DNA of 64,000 nucleotides from a bacterium (GCA_965203325.1 OZ241875.1:3648001-3712000); one strand, 5' to 3'. Counted from the first letter of the stretch, positions 31,415-42,030 are shown. The notes: generated by a model not told the origin, from the sequence alone. Made by a program: numbers and translations.

Positions 31415-31999
31415 ATGGAGATGAATTACACCGGCAACGACGTTCGAAGCCATAGCTTTTCGAGCAAAATGCGGGGCTACGATCGTCTCGAAGTCGATGC
31501 GTTCTTGTTCAAGGTGGCCGACTGGCTGGATCAGTCGGTGCGGAAGAACGAACAACTCAGCCTGCAGTGCAAGGACCTGTTCGAGCAATACAACGGATTG
31601 AGAGAAGAACACACCAACCTGCAGAAAATTCTCATCTCCGTGAACGAACTCCGGGATCAGGCAGCGGCCAAATCCGGCGAATTGGTGGAAAAGGCCGAAA
31701 CCGACGCCGAAACGCTCATCAAAGAAGCGAACGCCGAGGCGAAGGGGATTCGCGCGAAAGCCGAAAAGGATATCGAAAAGCTGCGCGAGGAGATAGAGCA
31801 ATTAACGGCGCAGAGGGATAAGATTCTTGCCGATCTGTACGAGACGTTTCTTTCCCAGATTCGAACGCTCGAAACCGAGGGCGTCCGCATGGGGGTCGAC
31901 CTCGCCCGCCTCATGGAAGAGGCGAGCGAAGACGCCCCGGACGAGGAAAGCGAAAACGTCATCAAGCTGAACCAAAAAGCGGAGGGCGATGCGTCGTGA
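31415..31999 (+). CDS. DivIVA-domain protein
   Basis: F...MRGY...EVDAFL followed by coiled coil; usual yggT-divIVA-DUF167 order. Confidence 0.88.
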   Translation: MEMNYTGNDVRSHSFSSKMRGYDRLEVDAFLFKVADWLDQSVRKNEQLSLQCKDLFEQYNGLREEHTNLQKILISVNELRDQAAAKSGELVEKAETDAETLIKEANAEAKGIRAKAEKDIEKLREEIEQLTAQRDKILADLYETFLSQIRTLETEGVRMGVDLARLMEEASEDAPDEESENVIKLNQKAEGDAS

Positions 32000-32289
32000 T
32001 CGGCCTCCGCGAGGAGGCGGACGGCGTCAGCTTCGAGGTTCAGGTCCAACCACGCTCATCCAGAGCGGAAATCCATGTTGTTCAAGACGGCGCCCTGCGC
32101 GTGCGGCTGACGGCGCCGCCCGTCGACGGGGCCGCCAACAGGCAGTGCATCGAGTTGCTCTCCCGAAAGATGAAGATTCCAAAGCGCGCCATACGAATCG
32201 CCTCGGGCGCGAGTGCGCGCAGGAAGCGCCTGAAAGTCCTGGGGATGGGCATCGAAGAGTTGAAGAGTATCCTGGGTGGCATGGCGTAG
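31996..32289 (+). CDS. yggU: DUF167/YggU family protein
   Basis: V.VQP.S, L.APPVDG.AN, G..AR.K. Confidence 0.9.
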   Translation: MIGLREEADGVSFEVQVQPRSSRAEIHVVQDGALRVRLTAPPVDGAANRQCIELLSRKMKIPKRAIRIASGASARRKRLKVLGMGIEELKSILGGMA

Positions 32290-32313
32290 GATGCCGTGTA
32301 CTCGTGCGAAGCC

Positions 32314-33390
32314 ATGAATGAGAGAAGCCGGATGGGCGGGAACAAGGAGATTGAGGGAAATTTTCACCACATCGCGTTTCGAGACGGCGCCCTCGTATTG
32401 CTCGATCAACGAAAGCTCCCCCGCGAAGAGGTGTACCTCGAATGCCGCACGGAAGAGGAGGTGGCCGAGGCCGTCAAGACCATGGTGGTGCGCGGCGCCC
32501 CCGCCATCGGGATAGCGGCGGGCTACGGCATCGCCCTGGCTGCCATCCGTCATACGGGTCCGGGCCCGGTTGCGCAGCGCGAGGCGCTCGAGGGGGCGGC
32601 CCGGATGCTGGCCGCCACGCGCCCGACGGCGGTGAACCTCTTCTGGGCGATTGAAAAAATGATGGCGCACGTCGACAAAAGCGACTCCGCGCCCGAAACG
32701 CTGGCCGGGGAACTCCTCCGCCTGGCGTGTGAGATGCACGAGGAAGACGCCGCGGTCTGCCGACGGATAGGCGACCTGGGCGCAGGTCTGCTGCCGGAGG
32801 GGAGCAGCGTTCTCACGCACTGCAACGCGGGCGCGCTGGCGACCGCAGGCTACGGCACGGCGGGCGGTGTGATTCGCAGCGGCTTCCGGGACGGCCGGGT
32901 GCGGGAGGTCTACGTGGACGAGACCAGGCCCTTCCTGCAGGGAGCGCGCCTCACCGCGTGGGAGTTGAACCGCGACGGCATTCCCGTCGTGCTCATCACC
33001 GACAGCATGGCCGCGCACTGCATGCGTCTGGGAAAAATCGACGCGATTGTCGTGGGTGCGGACCGCGTGGCCGCAAACGGGGACGTCGCCAACAAAATCG
33101 GAACGTACGGCCTCGCGGTACTCGCAAGAGAACACGGCGTGCCCTTTTACGTGGCGGCGCCGACGAGCACTATCGACACCGAGTCGAAGGGGGGTGCTGA
33201 CATCCCCATCGAAGAACGCCCCGAGGAGGAGGTCCGCTCATTCGGCGGTGTACCCGTCGCACCGGAGGGCGTGCGCGTATACAACCCCGCGTTCGACGTG
33301 ACGCCCGCGCGTTTCGTGGACGCCCTGGTGACGGAGGGTGGGGTAGTGCGGCTCGCAGAGGGAGAATCCCTCGGCTCGGTATTGGGTTGA
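32314..33390 (+). CDS. mtnA: Methylthioribose-1-phosphate isomerase
   Basis: LDQR.LP, VRGAPAIG, RPTAVNL, THCNAG.LAT, ETRP..QGARLT, NKIGTY, NPAFDVTP. Confidence 0.95.
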   Translation: MNERSRMGGNKEIEGNFHHIAFRDGALVLLDQRKLPREEVYLECRTEEEVAEAVKTMVVRGAPAIGIAAGYGIALAAIRHTGPGPVAQREALEGAARMLAATRPTAVNLFWAIEKMMAHVDKSDSAPETLAGELLRLACEMHEEDAAVCRRIGDLGAGLLPEGSSVLTHCNAGALATAGYGTAGGVIRSGFRDGRVREVYVDETRPFLQGARLTAWELNRDGIPVVLITDSMAAHCMRLGKIDAIVVGADRVAANGDVANKIGTYGLAVLAREHGVPFYVAAPTSTIDTESKGGADIPIEERPEEEVRSFGGVPVAPEGVRVYNPAFDVTPARFVDALVTEGGVVRLAEGESLGSVLG

Positions 33391-33519
33391 GCGGAGGCTC
33401 GCCATACGGAGCGACCGTGTTCGTAGAGAAGCGCAACGTAGCTATATCGTGTTGACTTCCATCCCGAGAGCGGGCTATAAACCGACATTCTTCGGGCGGT
33501 TTTCGGAATCTTTCCCGTG

Positions 33520-33597
33520 GGGGCTGTAGCGAAGTTTGGTTATCGCGCTGGCCTGTCAAGCCAGAGATCGCGGGTTCGAGTCCCGTCAGCCCCGCCA
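33520..33597 (+). tRNA. tRNA-Asp(GTC)
   Basis: GGGGCTG/CAGCCCC acceptor, G discriminator and CCA; anticodon arm CTGGC-CTGTCAA-GCCAG; T-loop TTCGAGT; upstream TTGACT-18 nt-TATAAA. Confidence 0.95.
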
Positions 33598-33889
33598 TAT
33601 AGAATATCCTGCTTCCCTTGAGTCTGGAGGCGTAGAAGCCGGTTCTCCTAATTTGATTCCGGAGCATCCGCGAACTTTGGTTTCCGTCGGTAATTGGTTG
33701 TATAATATTTAGAATATTTTTTTTGACATATAAATTTCGCTTTCCTACATCGTAAGCGAATCTTTATCGATCTATGGGCGCATGGTTTGGCTGGCGCTGG
33801 TGGTATGTCGACGCCGGAAGACTCTGCGTCTTTTCAAGATTCCTTGAGCCGTCTCAAGGAAGTCCTCATCCATTGCAAGGAGAAACGGA

Positions 33890-34879
33890 ATGAAAAGGTT
33901 TGTTGGTTTCGCACTGGCCGCCGCGTTCGTAGCAGGGACGTTCGTGGTGGTCGCACCGGCCGAGTCGGCGACGCTGCGAATCGGCGCGCACCGCTCCATG
34001 TGGGGTTCTTTCGAGATCATCGCCGACCGCATGGACTACTGGAAGAAAGAAGGACTCAAGTACAAGGTAGGTCACTTCAAGCAGGGCAAACTGATGCGCA
34101 ACGCCATCATCCAGAACAACCTGGACACCGGCACCACAGGCTTCTCGCCCTTCACCACGGCGATCGCCAAAGGCGCCAAGGTAACGGCCATCGGCGTTAC
34201 GGCGAACATTTGCGCCGCCATCAACATCATCGTGCCCGCGAAGTCGAAGGCGAAGAGCCTGAAAGACCTCAAAGGCTCGGTGTTCGCCAACAAGAAGGGC
34301 ACGAGCACGGACTTCGCTTTTCAGTCCTACGTCGTTCCCGCGTATGGCCTGAAAAGCTCCGATTTCCCGCTTCTGAGCGTCCGCGCCACCGAGCGCATCG
34401 CAGCACTTCTCTCCGGCGCCGCCAAGGCGGCCATGGTCGGCGAACCGCAGGGTGAAATCGCCCGTGAGGCCGGCTACATCCGCTATCTCGAGAATCTCTG
34501 CAAGTACGACAACACGAGCATGATGCACGTGGGCAACCCGCAGACCATCAAAAAACACCCCGATCTCATCTACAAGTATTTCCGGGGCTGGCTGAAGGCG
34601 CATCAGTTGCTGAAGAACGACGTCAAAAAGTACGCTACGGTCTACACCAAGGCCTTGAACGAAGTGGGCGACAAGGCCAAGGTGAGCATCACGCTCAAAG
34701 CCATCAAGAAGCTCAAGACCGAAGTTTTCATCACCGATAGGGTGAAGAACTACCTGAACGACATGGGCGACAAGCAGATCAAGCTCGGCTGGATCAAGAG
34801 CCGCCCCGACTTCACCAAGAGTCCGTTCGTAGATGACTCCATCCTCCGCAAGGCCGCGAAGGACATCGGTTTCAACTAG
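33890..34879 (+). CDS. ABC transporter substrate-binding protein, NitT/TauT (SsuA/THI5-like), copy 1
   Basis: Signal peptide ending AESA; KSLKDLKG...KGTSTD; A.L.SG..A...EP; Lys-rich. Confidence 0.85.
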   Translation: MKRFVGFALAAAFVAGTFVVVAPAESATLRIGAHRSMWGSFEIIADRMDYWKKEGLKYKVGHFKQGKLMRNAIIQNNLDTGTTGFSPFTTAIAKGAKVTAIGVTANICAAINIIVPAKSKAKSLKDLKGSVFANKKGTSTDFAFQSYVVPAYGLKSSDFPLLSVRATERIAALLSGAAKAAMVGEPQGEIAREAGYIRYLENLCKYDNTSMMHVGNPQTIKKHPDLIYKYFRGWLKAHQLLKNDVKKYATVYTKALNEVGDKAKVSITLKAIKKLKTEVFITDRVKNYLNDMGDKQIKLGWIKSRPDFTKSPFVDDSILRKAAKDIGFN

Positions 34880-34902
34880 ACGACCACGCCAGACGCAAAA
34901 CG

Positions 34903-34940
34903 AAAACCCCCGGGAGTTTCAGCTCCCGGGGGTTTTTTGT
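34903..34940 (+). terminator. Intrinsic terminator after binding protein 1
   Basis: AAAACCCCCGGGAG-TTTCAG-CTCCCGGGGGTTTTTTG. Confidence 0.85.
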
Positions 34941-35156
34941 GAAATTTTCTCGCATGATGTATAATTAAAGCATAGCGATATGAAAATAAGTCTGGTTTTG
35001 GGCGGAATCTCTCTTTTTCATTCTGAGAGGAGGGCATCGTACCACTGGCGAATGGGTTTCCGGCGTCGGGTATACTTCTGCGCCGCAAACTTGTGTCTTG
35101 GTGTAAGGTTTTAGATCATCCATGGAAGTCTTCATTCACTCGAAGGAGGAACAGGC

Positions 35157-36146
35157 ATGAAAAGACTTGTTGGTTTCGCACTGGCCGCCGCGTTCGTAGC
35201 AGGGACGTTCGTGGTGGTCGCGCCCGCCGAATCGGCGTCGCTGCGCATCGGCGCGCACCGGGCCCTGATGGGGTCTTTCGAGGTCATCTCCCACCGCATG
35301 GGTTACTGGAAGAAAGAGGGCTTGAAGTACACGATGAGCCACTTCAAGCAGGGCAAACTGATGCGCAACGCCATCATCCAGAATAACCTGGATACCGGCA
35401 CCACCGGCTTCTCGCCCTTTACGACGGCGATTTCCAAGGGGGCGAAGGTAACGGCCATCGGCGTGACGGCGAACATCTGCGGCATGGTCGCCATTATCGT
35501 GCCTAAGAACTCGAAGGCCAAGAGCCTGAAAGACCTCAAGGGTTCGGTGTTCGCCAACAAGAAGGGCACGAGCACGGACTTCGCGTTCCAGTTCTACGTC
35601 GTTCCCGCGCATGGTCTGAAACGCTCGGACTTCCCGCTTCTGAGCGTTCGCACCACAGAGCGCATCGCCGCGCTGGTGTCCGGCGCCGCCAAGGCGGCCA
35701 TGGTCGGCGAACCGCAGGGTGAAATCGCCCGCGAGCAGGGCCTGATTCGCTATCTCGAGGATCTGTGCAAATACGACAACACGAGAATGATGCACGTGGG
35801 CAATCCCATTACCATCAAAAAGCACCCCGAACTCTACTACAAGTACTTCCGGGGCTGGCTGAAGGCGCACCAGTTGCTGAAGAATGACCCCGAAACCTAC
35901 GCCAAGGTCTACACCAAGGCGCTTCAGGAAGTCGGCGACAAGGCCAAGGTGAGCACCACGCTCAAGGTCGTTAAAAAGCTCAAGACGGAGGTTTTCCTGA
36001 GCGACGAGGTGAAGAGATACCTGAACGACATGGGTGACAAGCAGATACAGCTCGGCTGGATCAAGAGCCACCCCGACTTCACCAAGAGTCCGCACCTGGA
36101 TGACTCCATCCTCCGCAGGGCCGCGAAGGACATCGGCTTCAACTAA
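35157..36146 (+). CDS. ABC transporter substrate-binding protein, NitT/TauT, copy 2 (close paralog of copy 1)
   Basis: Same length (329 aa) and long identical blocks shared with 33890-34879. Confidence 0.85.
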   Translation: MKRLVGFALAAAFVAGTFVVVAPAESASLRIGAHRALMGSFEVISHRMGYWKKEGLKYTMSHFKQGKLMRNAIIQNNLDTGTTGFSPFTTAISKGAKVTAIGVTANICGMVAIIVPKNSKAKSLKDLKGSVFANKKGTSTDFAFQFYVVPAHGLKRSDFPLLSVRTTERIAALVSGAAKAAMVGEPQGEIAREQGLIRYLEDLCKYDNTRMMHVGNPITIKKHPELYYKYFRGWLKAHQLLKNDPETYAKVYTKALQEVGDKAKVSTTLKVVKKLKTEVFLSDEVKRYLNDMGDKQIQLGWIKSHPDFTKSPHLDDSILRRAAKDIGFN

Positions 36147-36164
36147 GCGCTCGGACAAGACGCA

Positions 36165-36206
36165 GCAGAAGACCCCCGGAGGCGGAAGCTCCCGGGGGTC
36201 TTCTGT
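36165..36206 (+). terminator. Hairpin/terminator after binding protein 2
   Basis: CAGAAGACCCCCGGAG...CTCCCGGGGGTCTTCTG, related to the hairpin after copy 1. Confidence 0.7.
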
Positions 36207-36222
36207 TGCCGGGGCTGGACGC

Positions 36223-36410
36223 GGGGTTGTTGATAAAGTCCTGCATTGCCGGAATGACGGCAATGGGATTCCGCTTTGACGAAGGGAGTGTAGGGGCCGC
36301 ATACATGCGGCCCGTCGTTGGAAGGCAAAAAGGCCGGGTCGCATATATGTCGGACATATATGTCCGACCTACACACAAGAGATCCGTCCGATAGGGTTTT
36401 CAACAGCCCC
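36223..36410. mobile_element. MITE-like element with terminal inverted repeats enclosing a GTAG-type REP doublet
   Basis: Ends GGGGTTGTTGATAA / TTTTCAACAGCCCC; internal GTAGGGGCCGCATACATGCGGCCC (36290) and an inverted partner ending CCGACCTAC (36372). Confidence 0.6.
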
Positions 36411-36434
36411 GAGGCGCAGCGATCATCCCCAGAC

Positions 36435-36470
36435 AAAAAAACCGGGCGCGGCAAGAGTCGCGCCCGGTTT
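36435..36470 (-). terminator. Terminator of the permease/ATPase operon
   Basis: A7-CCGGGCGCG...CGCGCCCGG-TTT, giving a U-tract on the minus strand. Confidence 0.75.
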
Positions 36471-36493
36471 GTAAGTATTTGTTCCTGTTCTGA

Positions 36494-37420
36494 TTACACC
36501 TTCTTATCCTGTGCGCCCATCGCCTCCATCATGCCCCAGCGGATGACGGTGCGGCTCTCGATGGGCTGGAAGAGCACCTTCTCCAGCACGAAGCCGAACA
36601 GGCCGAGGATGCCGAGCGCGACCATCATGAACGCGATGTCGAGGTATTCCTGCGCGTCGAAGATGCCGGCCGAAAGCCCCCAGCGGATGCCCGCGAACGC
36701 CTCCGCCCCCACACCCGCGCGCCAGGCGCGCGCCAGGCCGATGCGCATGCCGCTCAGAATCATCGGCAGCGAGCCGGGCAGGACGACGGTGCGGAAAATC
36801 GTCATCTTGTCCGCGTTCATCGACTGGGCCGCGCGTATCCACACCGGGTTCACGGTTTTCACGCCCGTCCAGACCGCCATGGCGATGGGGAGGAACGAGG
36901 CGAAGGCCGTGATGACGATGACCGTCTGATCCCCGATGCCCGACCAGATGACGACGATGGGCGTCCAGGCGATGGCGGGAATCGGCAACAATACGGAGAG
37001 AAGCGGTACGAAAAACGATTCCCAGAAGGCGAAGCGGCCCATCAAGATGCCCACGATGGTGCCGACGACCGCCGCGATGAAGAACGAGAACGGGAGGCGC
37101 CACGCGGTGTTCAGCGTATGAAGCAGAATCGGGCTCTCCAGGAGTTTCCAGATATGATCCACGAAACTCAGGTTCGGATTCTCGGCCAGCGCCCGGAACA
37201 ATGGGTCCGTAACAAGCTCCCAGGCTCGAAAGGCGATGGCGTCGACGGTCGGGAAGAGCCTGCCCTGGTTGCCCTGGGCCTGCATGGCGGCGACCTGCCA
37301 GATGGCCAGGATGACGATGAACGGGTAAATCGGCCTCAGTTTCACCCAGAACGGTGACCTCAACTCTTTTTTCTTCTCGTCCATCGGTTGAGGAACAGGC
37401 GTTGCCTCGGATGTCTGCAT
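36494..37420 (-). CDS. ABC transporter permease, NitT/TauT (SsuC-like)
   Basis: PIP.IAW.P, AA.SM.A...FR.V.LP.SLP.I.SG.RIG (EAA loop). Confidence 0.9.
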   Translation of the reverse strand: MQTSEATPVPQPMDEKKKELRSPFWVKLRPIYPFIVILAIWQVAAMQAQGNQGRLFPTVDAIAFRAWELVTDPLFRALAENPNLSFVDHIWKLLESPILLHTLNTAWRLPFSFFIAAVVGTIVGILMGRFAFWESFFVPLLSVLLPIPAIAWTPIVVIWSGIGDQTVIVITAFASFLPIAMAVWTGVKTVNPVWIRAAQSMNADKMTIFRTVVLPGSLPMILSGMRIGLARAWRAGVGAEAFAGIRWGLSAGIFDAQEYLDIAFMMVALGILGLFGFVLEKVLFQPIESRTVIRWGMMEAMGAQDKKV

Positions 37421-37433
37421 GGATTATTCCTCT

Positions 37434-38180
37434 CTAAAAATCGCGAATCAAATCGTTCACGTGTCGTTGCAGTCTGATGAACTCGGGCGCGAGGTCGTCC
37501 CTGGGTCTGGGAAGATCGACTTTCACGATCTCGCGGATTCTCCCCGGATTCGGGACGAAAACCACAATCCGGTTCCCGAGGTAGACGGCCTCGCTCAAGT
37601 TGTGTGTGACGTAGAGGATCGTTTTTTTCGTCTTCTGCCACACGTCGACGGTCAACTCCTGCAGTTCCTCGCGCGTCTGGGCGTCGAGCGCGCCGAAGGG
37701 CTCGTCCATCAGGAGGATTTGCGGGTCGAACGCCATGGCTCTCGCCACTGCCACCCGCTGGCGCATGCCGCCCGAGAGGTTGTGCGGGAAGAAATCCGCA
37801 AAATCCTCGAGGCGGACGAGGCGAAGGTAATCATGCGCGATTCTCGTGCGCTCCTCCTCGGGGATGTTTCTGATTTCGAGGCCGTATTCCACGTTCTGTC
37901 TGGCCGTGCGCCACGGGAACAGCGCGTATTCCTGAAAAACGACGCCCTTGTCGTAGTCCTGGGTGAGCGGTCTTCCGTCCATGGTGATGGTGCCCGCGGT
38001 GATCTCGACGAAGCCGGCGAGCATGTTGAGCAGCGTCGTCTTCCCGCAGCCGGAAAGCCCCACGAGACAGATGAATTCGCCGTCTTCGATATTGAGGTTC
38101 ACGCCCTCGAGAGCGTGCACCCGCCTTTCGGGCGTGTCATAGATTTTTCTCAAGTTTTGAATCGATATTTTGGTGACCAT
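37434..38180 (-). CDS. ABC transporter ATP-binding protein, NitT/TauT (SsuB-like)
   Basis: GLSGCGKTT, VFQE..LFPW, LSGGMRQR, MDEPFGALDAQTR, VTH. Confidence 0.93.
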   Translation of the reverse strand: MVTKISIQNLRKIYDTPERRVHALEGVNLNIEDGEFICLVGLSGCGKTTLLNMLAGFVEITAGTITMDGRPLTQDYDKGVVFQEYALFPWRTARQNVEYGLEIRNIPEEERTRIAHDYLRLVRLEDFADFFPHNLSGGMRQRVAVARAMAFDPQILLMDEPFGALDAQTREELQELTVDVWQKTKKTILYVTHNLSEAVYLGNRIVVFVPNPGRIREIVKVDLPRPRDDLAPEFIRLQRHVNDLIRDF

Positions 38181-38465
38181 GTATAAGTGTATTCCCAAGA
38201 TATGAAAGACGAAGCCTTTCTGGTGTATGGAAACGGAGCCAAGGTACCCAGATTCTAGCAAAATCCGAAGTGCAATAGAAACCGCAAATATACTTTCGCC
38301 ATGTTTTGTAATAATCTCATGTGCGCTCCTGTGCGCAGGTGAGCGCTCAGGCGCTGGAAAGCGTTGATATTACTTGAGGTTCAGGCGAATCCAAAGCCTC
38401 GTGAAATGGGCTTCTCCCGTATAGTGAGATACATCTCGGGCCGGAGATTCGCGAAAGGGTTTTTT

Positions 38466-39689
38466 ATGGATGGTCGACTTCCGCTGGAGGGGCTTCGAAT
38501 CCTGGCGGTGGAGCAGTTCGGGGCGGGGCCGCTGGCCTCCCAACTGTTGGGGGACATGGGGGCCGAGGTCATCAAGATTGAGGACCACGCCGTGGGCGGC
38601 GATTCCGCACGGCCCGTCCCCCCGTATGCCCTTCCTCATAACGACAGCTACTATTTCCAGTCCTTCAACCGCAACAAGAAGAGCGTCGCGCTCAGAATCC
38701 GCACGCCCGAAGGGAAGGCGATATTGCGAAGACTCGTCCCCAAAGCGGATGCGCTCTATGCGAATTGCCGGGGCGATGCGCCCGAGAAGCTCGAATTAAC
38801 GTATAAGCACCTGGGTCCCTACAACGAGAAAATCGTGTGCTGTTTTCTCTCCGGCTACGGGATGACGGGCCCCAGGGCGCCCGAGCCGGCTTACGACTAC
38901 CTCATGCAGGCCTACGCCGGCATCATGGACCTGACGGGAGAGCCGGACGGCCCTCCCACCAAGGCGGGCGTGAGCTTCGTTGATTTCTCGGGCGGATTCA
39001 TATCGCTCGTGGGCCTGTTGGCCGCGCTGTGGGAGGCGAATCGCACGGGCAAGGGGAGAGACGTCGACGTGGCGCTCATGGACGGCGCTTTGGTTCAGCT
39101 TGCGTACATGGCCACCTGGGCGCTCAACTGCGGTTATGTGCCGCAGAAATTCTCCCGGAGCGCGCACCCCTCGATGGTGCCCGCGCAGAATTTCGAGACC
39201 AAAGACGGATGGGTGAGCGTGCTTTGCCTCAAGCAGAGTTTTTTCCCCATCCTCGTCGAACGCATGGGCCTGCCGGCGCTGGCCGAGGACCCGCGCTTCA
39301 AGCTGGCCCAGGATCGCTTCGAAAACCGCGAAGTTCTGCTGGACATCCTCGAACGAGCGTTTCAGGAAAAGACGAACGCGGAATGGACCGAATTGCTCCA
39401 GGGCCATGTGCCCTTCGCGCCGGTGAACACCGTGGCGCAGGCGATGGAGGACCCCCAGATCCTGGCGCGAGACATGATTGTCGAGATGAAGCACCCCGCA
39501 GCGGGAAGCATGAAGGTACTCGGGCCGCCCATCAGGCTGCCGGGCGCGGATATGAAGTACGCGCGGGCGCCTTATCTGGGCGAACACACGAAAGAGGTTC
39601 TGGGCGACCTCCTCGGGATGGAGGAAGATGAACTCGAGGCCTTGAGAGAGAAGAACATCGTGTCCTGGGCCGCTCCGCCCGAAGGGTAG
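38466..39689 (+). CDS. Class III CoA-transferase (CaiB/BaiF/Frc family)
   Basis: PL.G.RI, AGP..LGD.GAEVIKIE, NRNKKS, SGYG.TGP, AYD, AP.LGEHT. Confidence 0.92.
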   Translation: MDGRLPLEGLRILAVEQFGAGPLASQLLGDMGAEVIKIEDHAVGGDSARPVPPYALPHNDSYYFQSFNRNKKSVALRIRTPEGKAILRRLVPKADALYANCRGDAPEKLELTYKHLGPYNEKIVCCFLSGYGMTGPRAPEPAYDYLMQAYAGIMDLTGEPDGPPTKAGVSFVDFSGGFISLVGLLAALWEANRTGKGRDVDVALMDGALVQLAYMATWALNCGYVPQKFSRSAHPSMVPAQNFETKDGWVSVLCLKQSFFPILVERMGLPALAEDPRFKLAQDRFENREVLLDILERAFQEKTNAEWTELLQGHVPFAPVNTVAQAMEDPQILARDMIVEMKHPAAGSMKVLGPPIRLPGADMKYARAPYLGEHTKEVLGDLLGMEEDELEALREKNIVSWAAPPEG

Positions 39690-39746
39690 GACGCGGGGCA
39701 GAGCGATAATTTACCGGTTTTCATTCACATTTCTGGAGGTGACTTC

Positions 39747-40175
39747 ATGGCGGATTTGCCTGTACCGCAAGTCGTAAATTCCCTGGACGTAGACGAGGAC
39801 AAGGCCTATGAGCCGCCCTATGACATCCGCTGGGGTGTGAACCGCGAGACGACGGGGACGGATACCATCACGATGGGCAGAACCATCATCCCCCCGAGAG
39901 GCCGCAACGCGCTGCATTTTCATAAAAACTGCGACACCACGATCTACGTGGTGAAAGGCCCCGTCAACATCTACTGGAAAGAGGGTGGGGAGATCGAGAG
40001 AAAGGAAATTCCCGTCGGCCACTTCGTCTATTTTCCCTGCGGGTGCATTCACGGACAAGAGAATCCGAGCACGGACGAACCGGCGGAGTTGATATTCACC
40101 TACGGCGGGATGCCCAACAAGGAGGCGGCGGGCACGACGTTCGTGGACGACCCCAGAGACCCGCTGAGGGACTAG
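39747..40175 (+). CDS. Cupin domain protein
   Basis: H.H...D..YV..G and P.G..H cupin motifs. Confidence 0.8.
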   Translation: MADLPVPQVVNSLDVDEDKAYEPPYDIRWGVNRETTGTDTITMGRTIIPPRGRNALHFHKNCDTTIYVVKGPVNIYWKEGGEIERKEIPVGHFVYFPCGCIHGQENPSTDEPAELIFTYGGMPNKEAAGTTFVDDPRDPLRD

Positions 40176-40243
40176 TGATTCGCATTTCCGGGGCGCTCTC
40201 CATTCGCCCGTCATCGCCCGAGATCGAGGAGGTGAGTACGCGC

Positions 40244-41128
40244 ATGTTTTCCCTAAGACTCCTCGCTTGCCTGCTCTTCATCTGTTTCCTGGGCGTCACC
40301 GGCTCGTTTGTTCATGCGCAGCAGGTTAGAAAGAAAATATCCGGTTTCGACGGTGCAACATTGGTGCACGTTCCCTCGGGGCGGTTCGTGATGGGCAGCA
40401 AGTCCGGTGACAGGGACGAGCGTCCGCCCCGGAAAGTTTTCGTCTCCGGCTTCTGGATTGGTCAGACGGAAGTGACGGCGGAGCGCTTCGCGCGCTTCGT
40501 CTCCCAGACCGGATACAAGACGACGGCCGAGAAGCGGAAATGGTCCTGGACGTGGGACGCTTCCTTGAGAAAGGGAAAGGGCGGCTGGCGAAAGACCAAG
40601 GGTGCGAACTGGCGCCGGCCCGAAGGCCCGAAATCCACCTGGAAAACAATGCCACAGCAGCCCGTCTCGCACGTGAGCTGGCCCGATGCGGAAGCCTATT
40701 GCGGGTGGGCGGGCAGGCGTTTGCCCACCGAGGCGGAATGGGAGCGAGCGTCGCGCGGTGCGGACGGGAGGCGCTATCCCTGGGGTGTGGCGCGCGACGC
40801 GATGAGAGCCAACCTGAAAGGGGGGAAGGACGGGTTCCCCGGCGTCTCCCCCGTGGGCCGCTTCCCGAAGGGCGCGAGCCCTTTCGGGGCGCTCGATATG
40901 TCGGGCAACGTCTGGGAGTGGGTGGCCGACCGCTATGGTTCGAGGGCGTACCGGAAGATGGCCGAACGCGACCCGCACGGGCCGGCGAAGGGAAAGACGA
41001 GAGTCGTTCGCGGCGCCTCCTGGGGCAGTCCCGTCGCCTGGGCCACGGCGCACAACCGCTACCACCGCCTACCCGATTATACGAACAACAAGATCGGCTT
41101 TCGCTGCGCCACGGGCGAGGGTTCTTGA
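40244..41128 (+). CDS. Secreted FGE-sulfatase (SUMF1/EgtB/PvdO) domain protein
   Basis: Signal peptide, [43 protein letters not shown]. Confidence 0.9.
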   Translation: MFSLRLLACLLFICFLGVTGSFVHAQQVRKKISGFDGATLVHVPSGRFVMGSKSGDRDERPPRKVFVSGFWIGQTEVTAERFARFVSQTGYKTTAEKRKWSWTWDASLRKGKGGWRKTKGANWRRPEGPKSTWKTMPQQPVSHVSWPDAEAYCGWAGRRLPTEAEWERASRGADGRRYPWGVARDAMRANLKGGKDGFPGVSPVGRFPKGASPFGALDMSGNVWEWVADRYGSRAYRKMAERDPHGPAKGKTRVVRGASWGSPVAWATAHNRYHRLPDYTNNKIGFRCATGEGS

Positions 41129-41252
41129 TACGGCCGGAGTCCCTCGACATGATGCGCTGCGAGGGGAGGACCCAAGCCGCGCAACCCTTCACATTCTTGA
41201 TGAATTAGGAATTGCCACCGAAATCAGGCGAAGCGCCGGTTTGGTTCTCCGC

Positions 41253-41534
41253 TCACTTCGAAGTTCTTTCAATCAGGGCTTCCAGGGCCCTCATGCTTTC
41301 GCGATGGCGGGTATCCAAAGCGGCCATGGTTTCTTCATGTTGCCGCTTGCTTTGTGCTTCTCTTCTTTCGGTTCCACGCTGCATGAGCCTCAGCCCGTAC
41401 CAGATGAGCGCGCATTGTACGACGCCCACCATGAGTGAGATAAAGGCGTGAATCGCCGAAATCCAGAGTCCTATCCGTGAAATCTCGAGCCCTGCACGTG
41501 AAATTTCGAGCGTTGCCATTTGGAATTCCGTCAT
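41253..41534 (-). CDS. Small single-TM/coiled-coil hypothetical protein, copy A (93 aa)
   Basis: MTEFQMATLEIS...ALEALIERTSK; RBS GGAGAGG; differences from copy B are mostly synonymous or conservative. Confidence 0.75.
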   Translation of the reverse strand: MTEFQMATLEISRAGLEISRIGLWISAIHAFISLMVGVVQCALIWYGLRLMQRGTERREAQSKRQHEETMAALDTRHRESMRALEALIERTSK

Positions 41535-41748
41535 CTTTTCCTCTCCGCGGGTCTGGCTTGGGAGTGGAGTAGCCTCACGAATATGACGCACGGGGGTGGG
41601 AAAAGCAACATCTGCCGTCACCCGCGCCGTTGGTTCGGATTTCTCCGGTGGGGCGGATTGCGCGGGAATAGTGGAGCGACGCCGCGAGAGGACGCGCATC
41701 AAGAAAGTAGCGAGAGAAATCAGGCGAAGCGGCGGTCTTTTTCTCCGC

Positions 41749-42030
41749 TCACTTCGAAGTTCTCTCAATCAGGGCTTCCAGGGCCCTCATGCTTTCGCGA
41801 TGGCGGGTTTCCAGAGCGGCCATGGTTTCTTCGTGCTGCCGTTTGCTTTGTGCTTCTCTTCTTTCGGTTCCACGCTGCATGAGTTTCAGCCCGTACCAGA
41901 TGAGCGCGCATTGTACGACGCCCACTATGAGTGAGATAAAGGCATGAATTGCTGAAATCCAGAGTCCTATCCGTGAAATCTCGATTCCTGCACGTGAAAT
42001 CTCGAGTGTTGCCATTTGAAATTCTGTCAT
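41749..42030 (-). CDS. Small single-TM/coiled-coil hypothetical protein, copy B (93 aa)
   Basis: Differs from copy A at four residues (L/I, M/I, R/K, D/E). Confidence 0.75.
   Translation of the reverse strand: MTEFQMATLEISRAGIEISRIGLWISAIHAFISLIVGVVQCALIWYGLKLMQRGTERREAQSKRQHEETMAALETRHRESMRALEALIERTSK

Noticed and set aside
2086..33135. Many long antisense or alternate-frame ORFs over housekeeping genes (e.g. 2086-4119, 4420-6231, 27408-28688)
   Set aside because: They mirror well-supported genes and show no motifs; expected from GC3 bias.
33520..33900. tRNA-Asp as the integration site of a genomic island
   Set aside because: Accessory genes begin here, but I found no integrase and no duplicated tRNA 3' end in the window.
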